A stretch of DNA of 64,000 nt from the human T2T-CHM13v2.0 reference genome, Homo sapiens. Where the stretch lies: NCBI RefSeq assembly GCF_009914755.1, contig NC_060930.1, one strand, 5' to 3'. The notes under the pieces are model-generated. The model made no database searches, was not told where the DNA came from, and saw only the letters and a list, made by a program, of their open reading frames with translations. The position numbers and the translations under genes were made by a program. Below, piece by piece: positions 43,926 to 56,634 of the stretch; within the stretch, counting starts at the first letter, position 1, and the number at the start of each line of letters is the position of its first letter.

Positions 43926-45458
43926 ACTGTACTAGGCATTATGGAAGATTCACACACCCAATCTTGTTGCCAAGAAACATAATTCCTAGCAGGATAAATA
44001 AGTACATAAATAGCTATAAGATACAAAGAGACAAATCCTACAAGAGAAATATTGAAAACCTGTTATATGAATTTGCAAGAGGATGTGCTTATGTCAGTTT
44101 GGCTAAAGAAAATTTCATGAAGGAGGTAGCATTGGAGGGGTGGCTTGGAAGGTAGAATTTGGAGTGAAGAGATGGAAACAAGAATATTTGAGAGAGAACT
44201 GTGTGAATAAAAGCAGTGATGTGAAGGTGTAGTACAGGCATGGAAATTGTGAATACTAAAATTTGGCAAAACTCTAATGTATTGATTCTGAACTCTGCTT
44301 TGGGGTGCTGAAAGGCAGTGAAGCTATTGTAGTGGTTCCCCAAACTACTGGCCAACTACAAAAAGGAATGAAAAATGTCTTGAATGTATATGTACAACAA
44401 TTCAAAACACATACAACCACTTTTTATTACAACATAAATCCATTAAAAATCATTACTGAATTCCCAATTTGTTATGTATTTTCTAAATCAGCAAATACCA
44501 AGGGTGTAACTACTATAGTGAGCTAGTCCAACAAATTTTTTGGTGTTAAAAAAGGAGTGCTGTATGTCAAAAAGGTTGGTGGGTTTTGGAGTTAGACAAA
44601 CCTTGATCTTAAACTCTGTCACTATTAATTAGTTGTGTGGGACTGGGCAACTCTGAGTTTGGTCCTTCATCTCTAGAGCGGTGGTTATAAAACCAACCTT
44701 GCGTTTTTTGACAATTAGAGAAATATATGGCATGTTTTAGATGCTCAGCAAGTGGGAAGTATCACAAAACGAAAAGCTGAGGTCAAATCAGAGTCCACCT
44801 TGAACACCAAGCTAAGGAACTGGTACTTTTTCTTTGAGCACATAGTTACAGAAGGTTTTGTCTGAGTGACAGGAAAATCAATAAGTAAGTTAGAAGGTGA
44901 TTGCGTTGGTCTAGGTGAGGCATTATGAGGCACTGGCATTGAATTTCTGGGATATTTCAGAGTATTGACTATAGGACTCCACATCTACTTGTATATGAGG
45001 AATGTGAGATTAAAAAAAAGGTCGCTAGTTTGATCTAACTGTGCTGTTAACAACAATAAAAAGTCAACAGAGATGTAAAGGTCAGTTTTGGACATTTTGA
45101 GTTTAAACTCCTACAATTATCGTGGCTGAAAAAGCAGCAAACATGATGTCTGTTGAAAACAAGGCTTTAGGAATTTTGCTCATTCTTTAAAAACCTACGA
45201 ATTTTAAAAATCAAACTTTAAAAAACTTTTTGTTTTTTTTTTTAAAAAAAACGGCAGCGTAATACAATATTTGGACACGCTATACTATGGGCTTTGAAGA
45301 ACGCCTGTCCAGAACACCCAACAAGCTCCATTATGTCAAACGCTCCCGCGCCTCTGTGATGTCACCACGACGCGCTGGGCGCTCTGCGACTTGGCAGACG
45401 TCGTGCGTCATTACCAACGAGGCGCAGGGGTCAGGACGACTCTCGGCAGCGCCATTGC

Positions 45459-45472
45459 GCGCCCTCTAGTGG
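45459..45472 (-). promoter_or_regulatory. CTCF motif
   Basis: Minus strand reads CCACTAGAGGGCGC, a near-consensus CTCF core. Confidence 0.7.
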
Positions 45473-45671
45473 CAGCCGGTTTTGAGGCCGGCCTCCGGCT
45501 TTGAAGTTCCTCACCGCGTCTCCTTCCCTCTCCCCAAAGCCTGGATCACCGCCCAGCGTCAGGCGAGGGGCGACGTCTCGAGGTAAAACGGAGGAGGTGC
45601 GGGACGCGGAGACTGCGCGGGCCCGGTAGCCCTGGAGAGGCCGAGGCTCTAGGCCGCGAGGGGCGGGTGCA

Positions 45672-45872
45672 ATGGCGGAGGAACAGGTGAACCGCAGCGC
45701 CGGCCTGGCCCCCGACTGTGAGGCCTCGGCGACTGCAGAAACTACGGTTTCCTCAGTGGGGACCTGTGAAGCCGCTGCCAAGTCACCAGAGCCCAAGGAC
45801 TACGACAGCACCTGCGTGTTCTGCCGGATCGCGGGGCGGCAGGACCCGGGCACCGAACTCCTGCACTGCGAG
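45672..45872 (+). CDS. HINT3: HINT3 coding exon 1 (residues 1-67, includes CVFCRI)
   Basis: Kozak GCAATGG and donor GAG|GTGGGC at 45873; CxFC HIT N-terminal motif. Confidence 0.96.
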
Positions 45873-47345
45873 GTGGGCGGCGACGCGCGGCCGGGGGTGG
45901 GTGAGGACCTGGCCGCCCCTCGGAGCTCCGGCAGGGAGGCCTCGCCGTTGTGGAGCGGGTGCAGAGGATCCCGATCGCTACTCAGCTCGCAGAGGCAGGG
46001 CCGCTCTGTGTGGATGGGGCTCGGGGAAGCTGGGGATACGCCCACTACGGGCCTTTCTGCAGGGTCCGGGTGCTGATGACAGACTCACTCCTAGGGGACT
46101 GACAGGCAGTGGCTCCAGCGGTATCTTTGCTGTTCCCAGGGGCAAAGAGTGAATGACAGGGCCGAATGCTTTGGCCTATGTTTGCAGGTACCCAGGTAGT
46201 TGGTACAAATAACATTTTGTGGCCTCTGCTTTTATTACAAGGATTCTTCTCCACCTTCAAGATACTGATTTTAAATCCTGCACACTCTAATACCGATACT
46301 GATGAGAAAACTAGTAGAAAATAGGTAATGATAATTGTGGAAAGCTGTTTGTTAGATTGGCAGAAAATAGGCTGGAGGGAGTGGGTCTGAGGTCAAACTA
46401 TTATTGAATTGCCTCTGAATTCCACTGTCAGTTGGGATGCGTGGACATTTTCAGAGCATGAAGACTTTGCCCAGATATTTTTAAACGGATAATCTGGCAC
46501 ACACTTTATTCTGTTGGTTTTACTTGTCCATATAGAAACAACTTTTTGAGAGAATTAGCTCCAAAGATTGTGTCTTTTGTAGTAAACATTCCTTTATTTT
46601 TTAAAAAATAAATATAATTCCTTCTAAGCACCTTGTTTTGGAGGTTTTTGAGCAAGATAAGGGACAGTCTGTGTCCCGATTTTACAATCTAAAGGGCGGA
46701 ATGTATACAGAGGAGGTAGCCAGTTACAATGCCTCGTGCTGTGGTCAGGTGATTTTACAGTATTTTGTAAGCTTGTGGGAGGAGCATCTAACCCAGCTCT
46801 GAAGAATTAGGGAAGGCTTTCCAGAGGAAATGAGACATGAAGAAATAAGTAGGAGTTGATCAGATGAGGAAATGGAGAGAATAATGTCCCAGGTTGAGAG
46901 ACCCCCCGAGAGGTTCAGTTTGTGTGATAGAAAAACTAACAGAAATTGTCTAACTAGTGCATAGAGTTTGAGAGGATGAAAGGCGAGGCTGGAGAGGTAA
47001 ACAAGGGACCAGATTATTAAGTGTGTTGGAAGTCATGTGAAGGAATTTGTCTTTATCTGAAGAGCAAAGTGAAACTTCACAATGTTTAATGGTGGGTTGG
47101 GAGGAAGATGTTGCGGAGTTATAGGAAGGGGGTTGATCTTTGAAAGGTCATTCTGGCATCATTGTGGAGAATGATTTGGAGGAGACCAGTCTGGAGGTAT
47201 GGAGACCCGTTAGAAGGCTAGTAGATTAATCTACCCTGATGATGGCCTGAAATGAGAATGTGGTAGAGGAGATTATGAAAAGTATATCAATTTAAGGGAT
47301 ACAGTATTCAGGAGGTAAAACAGGGAGGACTTGATGGATACAGGT

Positions 47346-47599
47346 CAGTGATTCTCAACTGGGGGCAATTTTGCCCTCCCAGGGTACATTTTGCAATGTA
47401 TTGAGATACTTTTGATTGTAACAACTTCTGGCACTTCTAGGGGTTGCTTCTGGGACCTAAATAATGGATAAAAGCCAGGGTTGCTATTAACATGGTACAG
47501 TGCACAGGACAGCACCCCCACCACCCCATCAACACACACACATAAAACAGGCTTATCCAGCCCTCAAAATGTCAGAAGTGCCAAGGTTTAGAAACCCTG
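47346..47599. mobile_element. MER20-like hAT transposon inside L2 sequence
   Basis: CAGTGATTCTCAACTGGGGGCAATTTTGCCC...AGAAACCCTG termini. Confidence 0.7.
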
Positions 47600-49059
47600 A
47601 TTTAGATATAAGAGGATAAGGAAATGAAAGAGGGTGAAGTCAAAGATGATTTCCAGGTTTCTGGCTAGGGTAAACTAGTAGTGGTGGTACCATTTCATTA
47701 AGCTCGGGAACACAGGAGGAGAAAAGATGGCCAGGGGAGTGGTGGGAGGTAGCAAAGCGATGAGTTGAGCTATGGAGTTGTGGAGTTTGAGGTGAGTTTG
47801 AGGCATCTAAGTAGAGATGTCTTTTAAATGGTTGGATAGTCTAGCACTCTGTAGAGGGATCTGTATCTCTAACCCAGATTACAGGAACTGTCGGTTTATA
47901 GATGGAAACTGAAAAAGAAGGGAAGCGATGAGATCACCCATGAGGTAAAAAGTGAAGGGGAGGCCTACACAGAACTCTGAAGAACACTAACATCATAAGG
48001 GACAGACAGAGGAAGAGGACCTGGAAAGGGAATAGAGAAGGAACAGAGAAATAGAAGGAACGCTGGGAAGGCTAAGAGAAGGGAGTATGTCAAAAAGAAA
48101 GGAATTGCCAGCAATGTCAGCAGCAATATTAGCCTGCCTTCATCCTCAAATCTGGGTTAGATGACCCTTGTATGTCCTTGCAGAGTCAGAGCAGGACTGG
48201 TTGTGTCCCCAAAGTGATGTTCATTGACCTTGAGGAGAGCAATTTCATGAAGTGGTGAAGCAAAAGGCAGATAGCAGTTGATTGAGAAGAACTTGGGAAA
48301 GGAAGGAGTGAAGACAGCAAATACAGACAACTCTCACAGGAATTTGGCAATCCAGGGGAGGAGGGAAAGGTAGTGGTAGCTACAGGAGAAGTTGGGGATT
48401 AAGAGAAAGCTTTTAAAACAGTGAAACCTTTTGTGTGTTCAAATCCCAGTGGGAAGATGCCTATAGAGAGAGGTTTAAAATGGCCCGGCGGGTAGAATGT
48501 TGACCCTGGGAAAGAGGAAACTCATTCCTCACTCTCTGTGTGCCAGGCACTGTTGGAGGCATGGGGATACAGCCGTAAACAAAACATGCAAAACTCCTTG
48601 CCCTTGTGGAGCTCACATTGTCGTTGCAGAAAAGGATAATAAGCAAAACAATAAGTAAAATTTATAGTTTATTAGATGGCAGAAAATAAAGAGGAAGGGG
48701 ATGCAGTTTTAAAATTTTAGTCAGGAAAATCTGCACTAAGCAGGTGACATTTGGGTTAAGCCTTGAAAAAGGAGAAGGAGCAATTATATGGTTATATGGT
48801 TATTTACAAGTAAAAGGTTTGAAGTAGCTCCTGTGAAGGCTAGGAGAGAGAATTAGGGAAACAAGGATTGTTGTACAGCGGGTCACGTGAGGTTGAGGAC
48901 ATTCAATTTCAGGTCATACCAGTCTGCTTAGTTGTGTGATTTTCTTCCCACTTTCCAGCAGCAGCCAAAGGCTGAGATTACACAAGGTAGGCAGTTGTAT
49001 TGACCCAGGGTTGGGATTTTGCCATGTGGTTGTTATAGAAGTGTAGTGAGACACAGTTA

Positions 49060-49539
<480 letters not shown>

Positions 49540-49910
49540 TCAGTCTCCCTTTATTTTACTAAATATAAAAGTAGGCTAAAGAGAGGTAAAGTGCATTTTT
49601 AAACTCAGAGTTCAATATTTAGTAGATCCTTAGAAACTGCTTTTAAATTTTGTATTCTGCAGTTCCAATAATGAAACTAATAGAAAATAGATACTAGTAG
49701 CAGTAGAAAGCTTTGTCTGAAAATAGTCATCAAAAGGGGTGGGATCCAGACTTCTATCACATCCAAGGTGAGAATTTTTCTTGGTTAGGAACAAAGTAAA
49801 CAATATGAAGAGACTGGGGATATTTTCATGGTAAAAATAAGACATGATCAGTACTTTCAACTAATTTACACCCTAAATTAGGGAAACGGGGAATATATAC
49901 AATAGCCCAT

Positions 49911-50842
49911 TGTCAGTGGAAAAACACAAACTGTGCTTTTTTTGTTTTCCCATTCAACAACAGCAATCAACACAGAACACTTCTGTGACCAAATGTATGG
50001 AGGTTTTCCCCCACACACCAAGCAAACAATCAGTTTTGCAGCAGACACCAGCTGGTTGTCCTCCATTTCAATTCTTATACTATCTACCTGATGATAGCAT
50101 CAGATCCCGCAGGTTGAAGACTCAGTCCCCAAGACTGGCCTGCCCTTCCCACCAGTTGCAAGTCCAGGCCTCTGGAACTTCTGACCGACCAGCTTGAAGT
50201 TGGGGATCCCACAAGCTTCTCTTTGGGTTCTAAAGCTTGCTAGAGTGGCTTACAGAACTCAGGGAAACACTTAGGTTTACTGGTTTATTATAGAGGATAT
50301 ACCAAAGGATGCTGCTGAAGAGATGAATAGCCCAAAGTATGGGGAAAAGGGGGCAGAGCTTCCATGTCCTCCTCAGGCGTGTCCTCTCCCAGGAGCCTCC
50401 ATGAGTTCAGCTATTCAGAAGCTCTCTAAACTCTGTTCTCTGGGGCCTTTTATGGAGTCTTCATTGGATAGGCCTGACTGACAATTCTGTATTAATGTGA
50501 CTGGACAAAAAGGGTATGATCTAATACTAGTAGACTGAGTGGGGAAACCCAGCAAGGCCTGTCCAGATTCTTCTTGGCCTCTCTGTGAAGCTTTCCTTCC
50601 TCCAGGGTATGAGGCAGAATCCCTTCAGAAATGAGGGTTTTATGACCCACAATCAGAAAGGTCAGGGAAGATTATAGTCCTGACTTGGGCAGGTGAGGGG
50701 AGGGCAAAAGAAGGGCAGAGAGATTGTGAGAGAGATTCTTTTTCTGAGGCCTGTCTCTGAGGCCTAAAATGCCTCGACATGGTAACAAAAGACTGTAACA
50801 AGGGCATTGGGAGTTATAAGCCAGGAATCGTGGATGGAAACC
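49911..50842. mobile_element. MER21-like LTR
   Basis: ACTTCTGTGACCAAATGTATGGAGG...GCAGACACCAGCTGGTTGTCC...AAAGACTGTAACAAGGGC. Confidence 0.6.
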
Positions 50843-50873
50843 CATATATATATACATATATATATATATACAC

Positions 50874-50904
<31 letters not shown>

Positions 50905-50966
50905 TATATATATATACACACATATATATATATATATATATACACATATATATATCACACACACAT
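50843..50966. repeat. Compound (TA)n/(CA)n microsatellite
   Basis: Visible directly in the sequence. Confidence 0.95.
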
Positions 50967-53360
50967 AACCGTATAATACAAAACGTAAGATACAGATGCG
51001 TGTATAATAGTGCTCCCAAAAGTTGTGTATCTTTTTCAAATTGAATCTAAGATGACTTGATGTACAAGAGCTCACTCATTAAAGGGTAAAGATTAATCTT
51101 TTTAAAAAGAATAACTACATAACATAATTCGATGGTTTACATCATACATTCATATACTCATTCAAATATATTCATTGCAAACATTTAGAAACTGTTGGGT
51201 TTATATAAAGTGTAATTCAGGTACAAAAGAGAAAAATTTCCATTTGGAAAAATTGGAGTTACCAGCATCATGAGGGGTTAGTCTGGCAAACCTTTCCAGC
51301 AAAAGCTGTAGAAGATTCTTCACTCCATAAACCTCCATATGGTGTTGTCTAATTGTATACTGCAGATTTAAAACTAAGCAAAGGCTGAACCATGCATTCT
51401 TAATGGGGCAGATGACACTCCCAAAGGGGTGAAAATTGGTTCTTGGTGGTGGTGGGGCAATATCTTACTTTTTCATGTATGAGGCACAGATATACATAAA
51501 CAGAGAGTGTAGCTGTGGTATTAAAATCTCATGGAGATGGGATTAGAAGAAAAAAAAGTCTTAAAAGGCTCATTAGATAAAAAATAATGAAAAAGTAATT
51601 GAGTAACACTGGACTAGAATTTACCTTGCTTGGAACTATACTGAGGAAATAACTCAGTGCCAATTTAACTTGAACGTTGTCCCCTGTTGGAGGATGGTTA
51701 GCATCCCCGATCTCGGCGCACCAAATTTTAGCAGTATGCGTGATCAAAAGGGCGTCTATGTATTTCCACCTCTGGTTGAGAAACACTGCTTCAGAGCCAC
51801 ACTCCATCTGCTGGGTCCACGCTGGCAGCTTTTTCCCAACAAAAAATAGATGTCTTGCCATTCTTGACATCCGTGAAGCTAGTGATAAGGTATTCAAAAG
51901 GGGGAGGGGGAGAAAGATAAAGAAAACCTGTCTTTGTAGTCTTAAAGCTGGCCAAGTTTGCTAGATGGATGATAACAGAAGCAGCAAAAACATGGCTTTT
52001 TGATTGGCAAGATCTAAATTCCCTCTGGGATTTTTAGCTTTTTTAGTTCTGCATTACAGAAAGCACAGAAATATTTAGAATGGAGGTTGAGTGCCAGTCT
52101 GCCCTATTTGGGTTTTCAGATTTAAAGAAATCTGAAACAGTTATTCGTTGTATTTAAATTGTTTATTAGAGTCAGTGGTGATAATGAAGTCAGGATAGGC
52201 TAGCTCTTCCTCTAATCCATGCATTTCCAAAAGGATAAAAGTTGGTTCTTCCCTGGGGCAGAGCAGAGGTGGCAGGAGAAAAACAATTTTTATTCTTTTT
52301 ATATGTAAAGCATAGGTATACCATACAGAACATAAACATATATACATTGTATCTGTGCCATTAAAACATCATGGGAGGGGGCAATCAGAAAACATCTATA
52401 AAGTCTCCTTAGGGAGGTGTTAATGAGAAAAGGTTGAGACACACTGATCTAATTCAAAAATGGCCACAATTCCAATTTAAGAAGGGGTTTTGCAAGGAGA
52501 AACTGAAAGATCGTAGAAAATCCATCTCTGTTCCTGGAAAAATACCTGAAAACCCAAATGACACACCATTTTTTAAGGGGTAGAGAAGGGTGTATCAGTA
52601 ACTTTATCTTCTATGAAGCATCTGTCATTTATTTATTCAGCAGTTTGGCAGGCGTACTTTGTTATTCACTTGGAGTTCAAAGATGAATATGGCATGCCCC
52701 ACACTTGAGGAGCTTCCCTGTGATCCAAATTCAGTGCAGGAATGAAAATGCTCTTTAGTGGATGTCATTAGGGATGGATAGGCAAAATACTGTATCTTTA
52801 AGTCACTTGAAATCATTCTCTTCTTTGAATGGAATGATTATGCTACCAACATGACATCCAGTTAGGTTTATTGTTTGTTTTTTATTTTTAGGGATTGCTT
52901 TTTTTTCTTGTGAAGTGTGATGTATACATGTTAAATATTTACATGTTTTCAGAGTCAAAATTGTAAAGCAAGGTACATTTGGAGAAATCTAGCATCCATT
53001 CTCTTGTCATCTCTACCATGTTCTCTTTCTCCATAAGAAACTTTTAAAAACTTTTTTGTTTATCCTTCCATTGTGAGTAAATAGGTATTCACATGTCTGT
53101 ATTTGTATTCTTCTTTCTTACACACAAAAGATAGCTTAACCACTCTCCTGCTCCTTGCTGTTTTTTAAAAAAACTTGAATATATCTTAGAAATAATTTCG
53201 TATGTATATGAAGATCTTCCTCATTCCTTTTTAGAGCCACACAATACTCCATTGTGTGGATTTGCCATAATTTATTAAACCAGTCGCCCAGCTGCATTAT
53301 GAATGTTTGGTTTATTTTTCAGTCTTTTGCTATCATGAATAATGCTGCAAAGAATAGTTT

Positions 53361-53395
<35 letters not shown>

Positions 53396-54027
53396 ATTTC
53401 ATATTTTTGCCAGCGTATCTATGGAATAGGAGGATCATTTTTCTTAAGATGAACCATGTAAATGATGCCTGGATCAGCAGTAGGAATGGGACAAAGGGTG
53501 ACATCAGAGCTAGTTTCAATATTTCAGAAAGCTTCATGGAAATCTAATTTAGTCAGGGTGTAGGCTAACTAAAACATCAAGTTTCTATATTTTTGAGAGG
53601 AATTTTATCTATTCCTGGTGATAAGAGTCATGTTGATTGGTAGTTTTTATTAGGATTGGGATTGTGTAATTAATTAAGATTGGGAAAATAAATTATTGAT
53701 ATATGAGAGTTAGTAACCAAAACCTTTCAATATAGAGGTTGGAAGACAAAACTAAGCATTTTGGTTCATTCTTATCGCTAAGTTATGCAGTATGAGACAG
53801 CAGATTTTTAGGAACCGCTTTAGCTTTTCTCCTGCTAGCCATTAGACTGGCACTTGCTAGTTCTGTTAATCTAAAGAAGTGTCATTCCTGCTGTGAGGTA
53901 GAGTACAGCTACATCATCTCAAACTAACCAGGTTGTATTCTGTACCAGAATTACCTCTGGATTTTAAAAAATTAATGCCGTAATTGAGGGGAAATAAAGA
54001 TATATAACATTATTGTGTTATGAATCA

Positions 54028-54385
<358 letters not shown>

Positions 54386-55502
54386 AAATTTTAAACAATA
54401 AAAAACAGTGTAGTCCTTGACCTTATCCTTTTCTAAAACATTCCATGGATATCAATTTTTAATTTTAATACTAGACAGAAAAACCATAATAAAAATGATA
54501 GAAATGGATTAAAATTGATATATAATTATCATGTTTGTTATCTTAGGATAACCAGGATTACTGGAATGGATATGACGCACTTGTTTGAATTGAATTTTGG
54601 CTCTTGGAACAGAGAACTATCGAGCAGCATTGCATTCATGGATTTTTTCTAAGGGAAACTCTGCTTACACTGATTTTAATTAATTTTTATTTAATGTAAA
54701 GTAAAAATTAAAATCAGTATAAGATACTGAATAAGATATTCACTATCAGATATTTAATATGGTTATTTAGTGAATATAAATTTTCTTTTAGGAAAGTTCG
54801 AAATTCAAATGTTAATAGGTTGAAACACGCTCTTCCTTTCCTTTTCTTTTTTCTGTAGATTACTGTGTGGGGTAATGTAAACCAGAAAACTGATGCCATA
54901 CATGTAGTGTAGTGGTCCCATAAATTAGTACAATATACTGGAATTTGTTTCAGCATTTCAGTCTTTTTAATACTGTAAAGTGGCAAGTAAAAAAGTCTTT
55001 GGATATAATTGCTTTAAAAAGTGTTTAAAAAATGCAATCCCTGGACATGTAAATGCTAGCTGGTGTTCTTTTTATAATTGAGGAAAATGCTACGTTGGGA
55101 AAAAAATTAAATGTAGAAAGGAATTTATCTATCTTGTTGTGATTCTGTAGCCAAACCTTTAAAAATATGTGTCAAGGTAAAAAACTTTAGGGTAGGGATA
55201 GAGAAATGTGTAATGAAATAATAAACTCTGAGATTATTGGTAATGAAATTTTAGTGAACTTTACTCATAATTGTTTCCCCAAAATTGATTTTATGTGTCT
55301 TTTTTATTCTCTGGAATCAATAAGCATCTCATGAAGGAAGTGTTATGAACTTAATGCGTAATTATAAAATTGCCCAGTGGGGGTTAGGTGTAACATAAGT
55401 ATCATTTCCCTGTCAGACTGAGATTAATGATATTTAAGTCATGCCAGAACAGCATTAAGAAATTCTTTTTAAAAATTCACTAACAAATGTTTCTTCCTTT
55501 AG

Positions 55503-55620
55503 AATGAGGACCTAATTTGCTTCAAAGATATCAAACCAGCAGCAACTCATCATTATCTTGTGGTGCCAAAGAAGCATATTGGAAACTGCAGAACTCTAAG
55601 GAAAGATCAAGTAGAACTGG
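55503..55620 (+). CDS. HINT3: HINT3 coding exon 2 ([39 protein letters not shown])
   Basis: Acceptor TTCTTCCTTTAG, donor G|GTAAGA, 118 nt. Contains the HIT motif F.DI.P....H.LVVPK.H. Confidence 0.96.
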
Positions 55621-55941
55621 GTAAGATGATGGCAGTATTCTTCATGTTTATATCATTTTCAGTTGGTATCAGTGATGGCAGTGAAGATTAAAAAGAAAAA
55701 GTCTAGTTAAGTACTGTGAAAAAGGAGCATTATGACTTTTTGAAATTTTCACTATAAAGAATTTTAAATTCATTAAAAAATAGTATAATACTCGTGTATT
55801 CATTATGCAGCCTCCACATTTAGGAACTCATGGACAATTTTAAAAAATACATTAACCTTTTCCCACAGTGATTGTGAAGCATAAACCAGACATCATGCTA
55901 TTTAACATTTAAACTGTCCAAAAGATAATATATTTTTATGA

Positions 55942-56246
<305 letters not shown>

Positions 56247-56634
56247 TATTTCTATGACTTTTTAAATGATGGACTTTCTTGACTCTGAAATGAAAGGTGC
56301 TATGAAAAATTATAAACAAACAAGTTACGATATGACAAATGAGCTCATATTGCCTTATGGTGAGATCATGTTGGTACCTGCCTTATAGTATCCTGTGAAG
56401 ATGAATTAGCACCAAAATTTAATTATGAGTTTTTAGTGATGAACTTCTAGCTTCTGAAAAGGAGATTCTGAATCTTGTCTATTAAGGATGATTGCTCATT
56501 TTCCTACTCATGCCTTCTGTGGCTTGTCACCTATCATTTTCTAAGACATTTCTAAGCTTACTTCAAATCTGCCTTTAAAAAAGATAATTTTTTATTTTAG
56601 ATTTGACGGTTTAGATTTGAAGATTTAGATAAAA

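Larger units (their letters stand above)
45300..46100. promoter_or_regulatory. HINT3: CpG island / HINT3 promoter
   Basis: Dense unmutated CpG and high GC around the ATG. CRE-like TGATGTCA (45357-45364) and TGCGTCA (45404-45410). Confidence 0.9.

Noticed and set aside
45672-46076. 134-aa ORF and overlapping ORFs in the CpG island
   Set aside because: Read-through of HINT3 exon 1 past its donor; GC-rich DNA is poor in stop codons.
50672-51075. Tyr/Ile-rich ORFs
   Set aside because: Translation of the (TA)n/(CA)n microsatellite.
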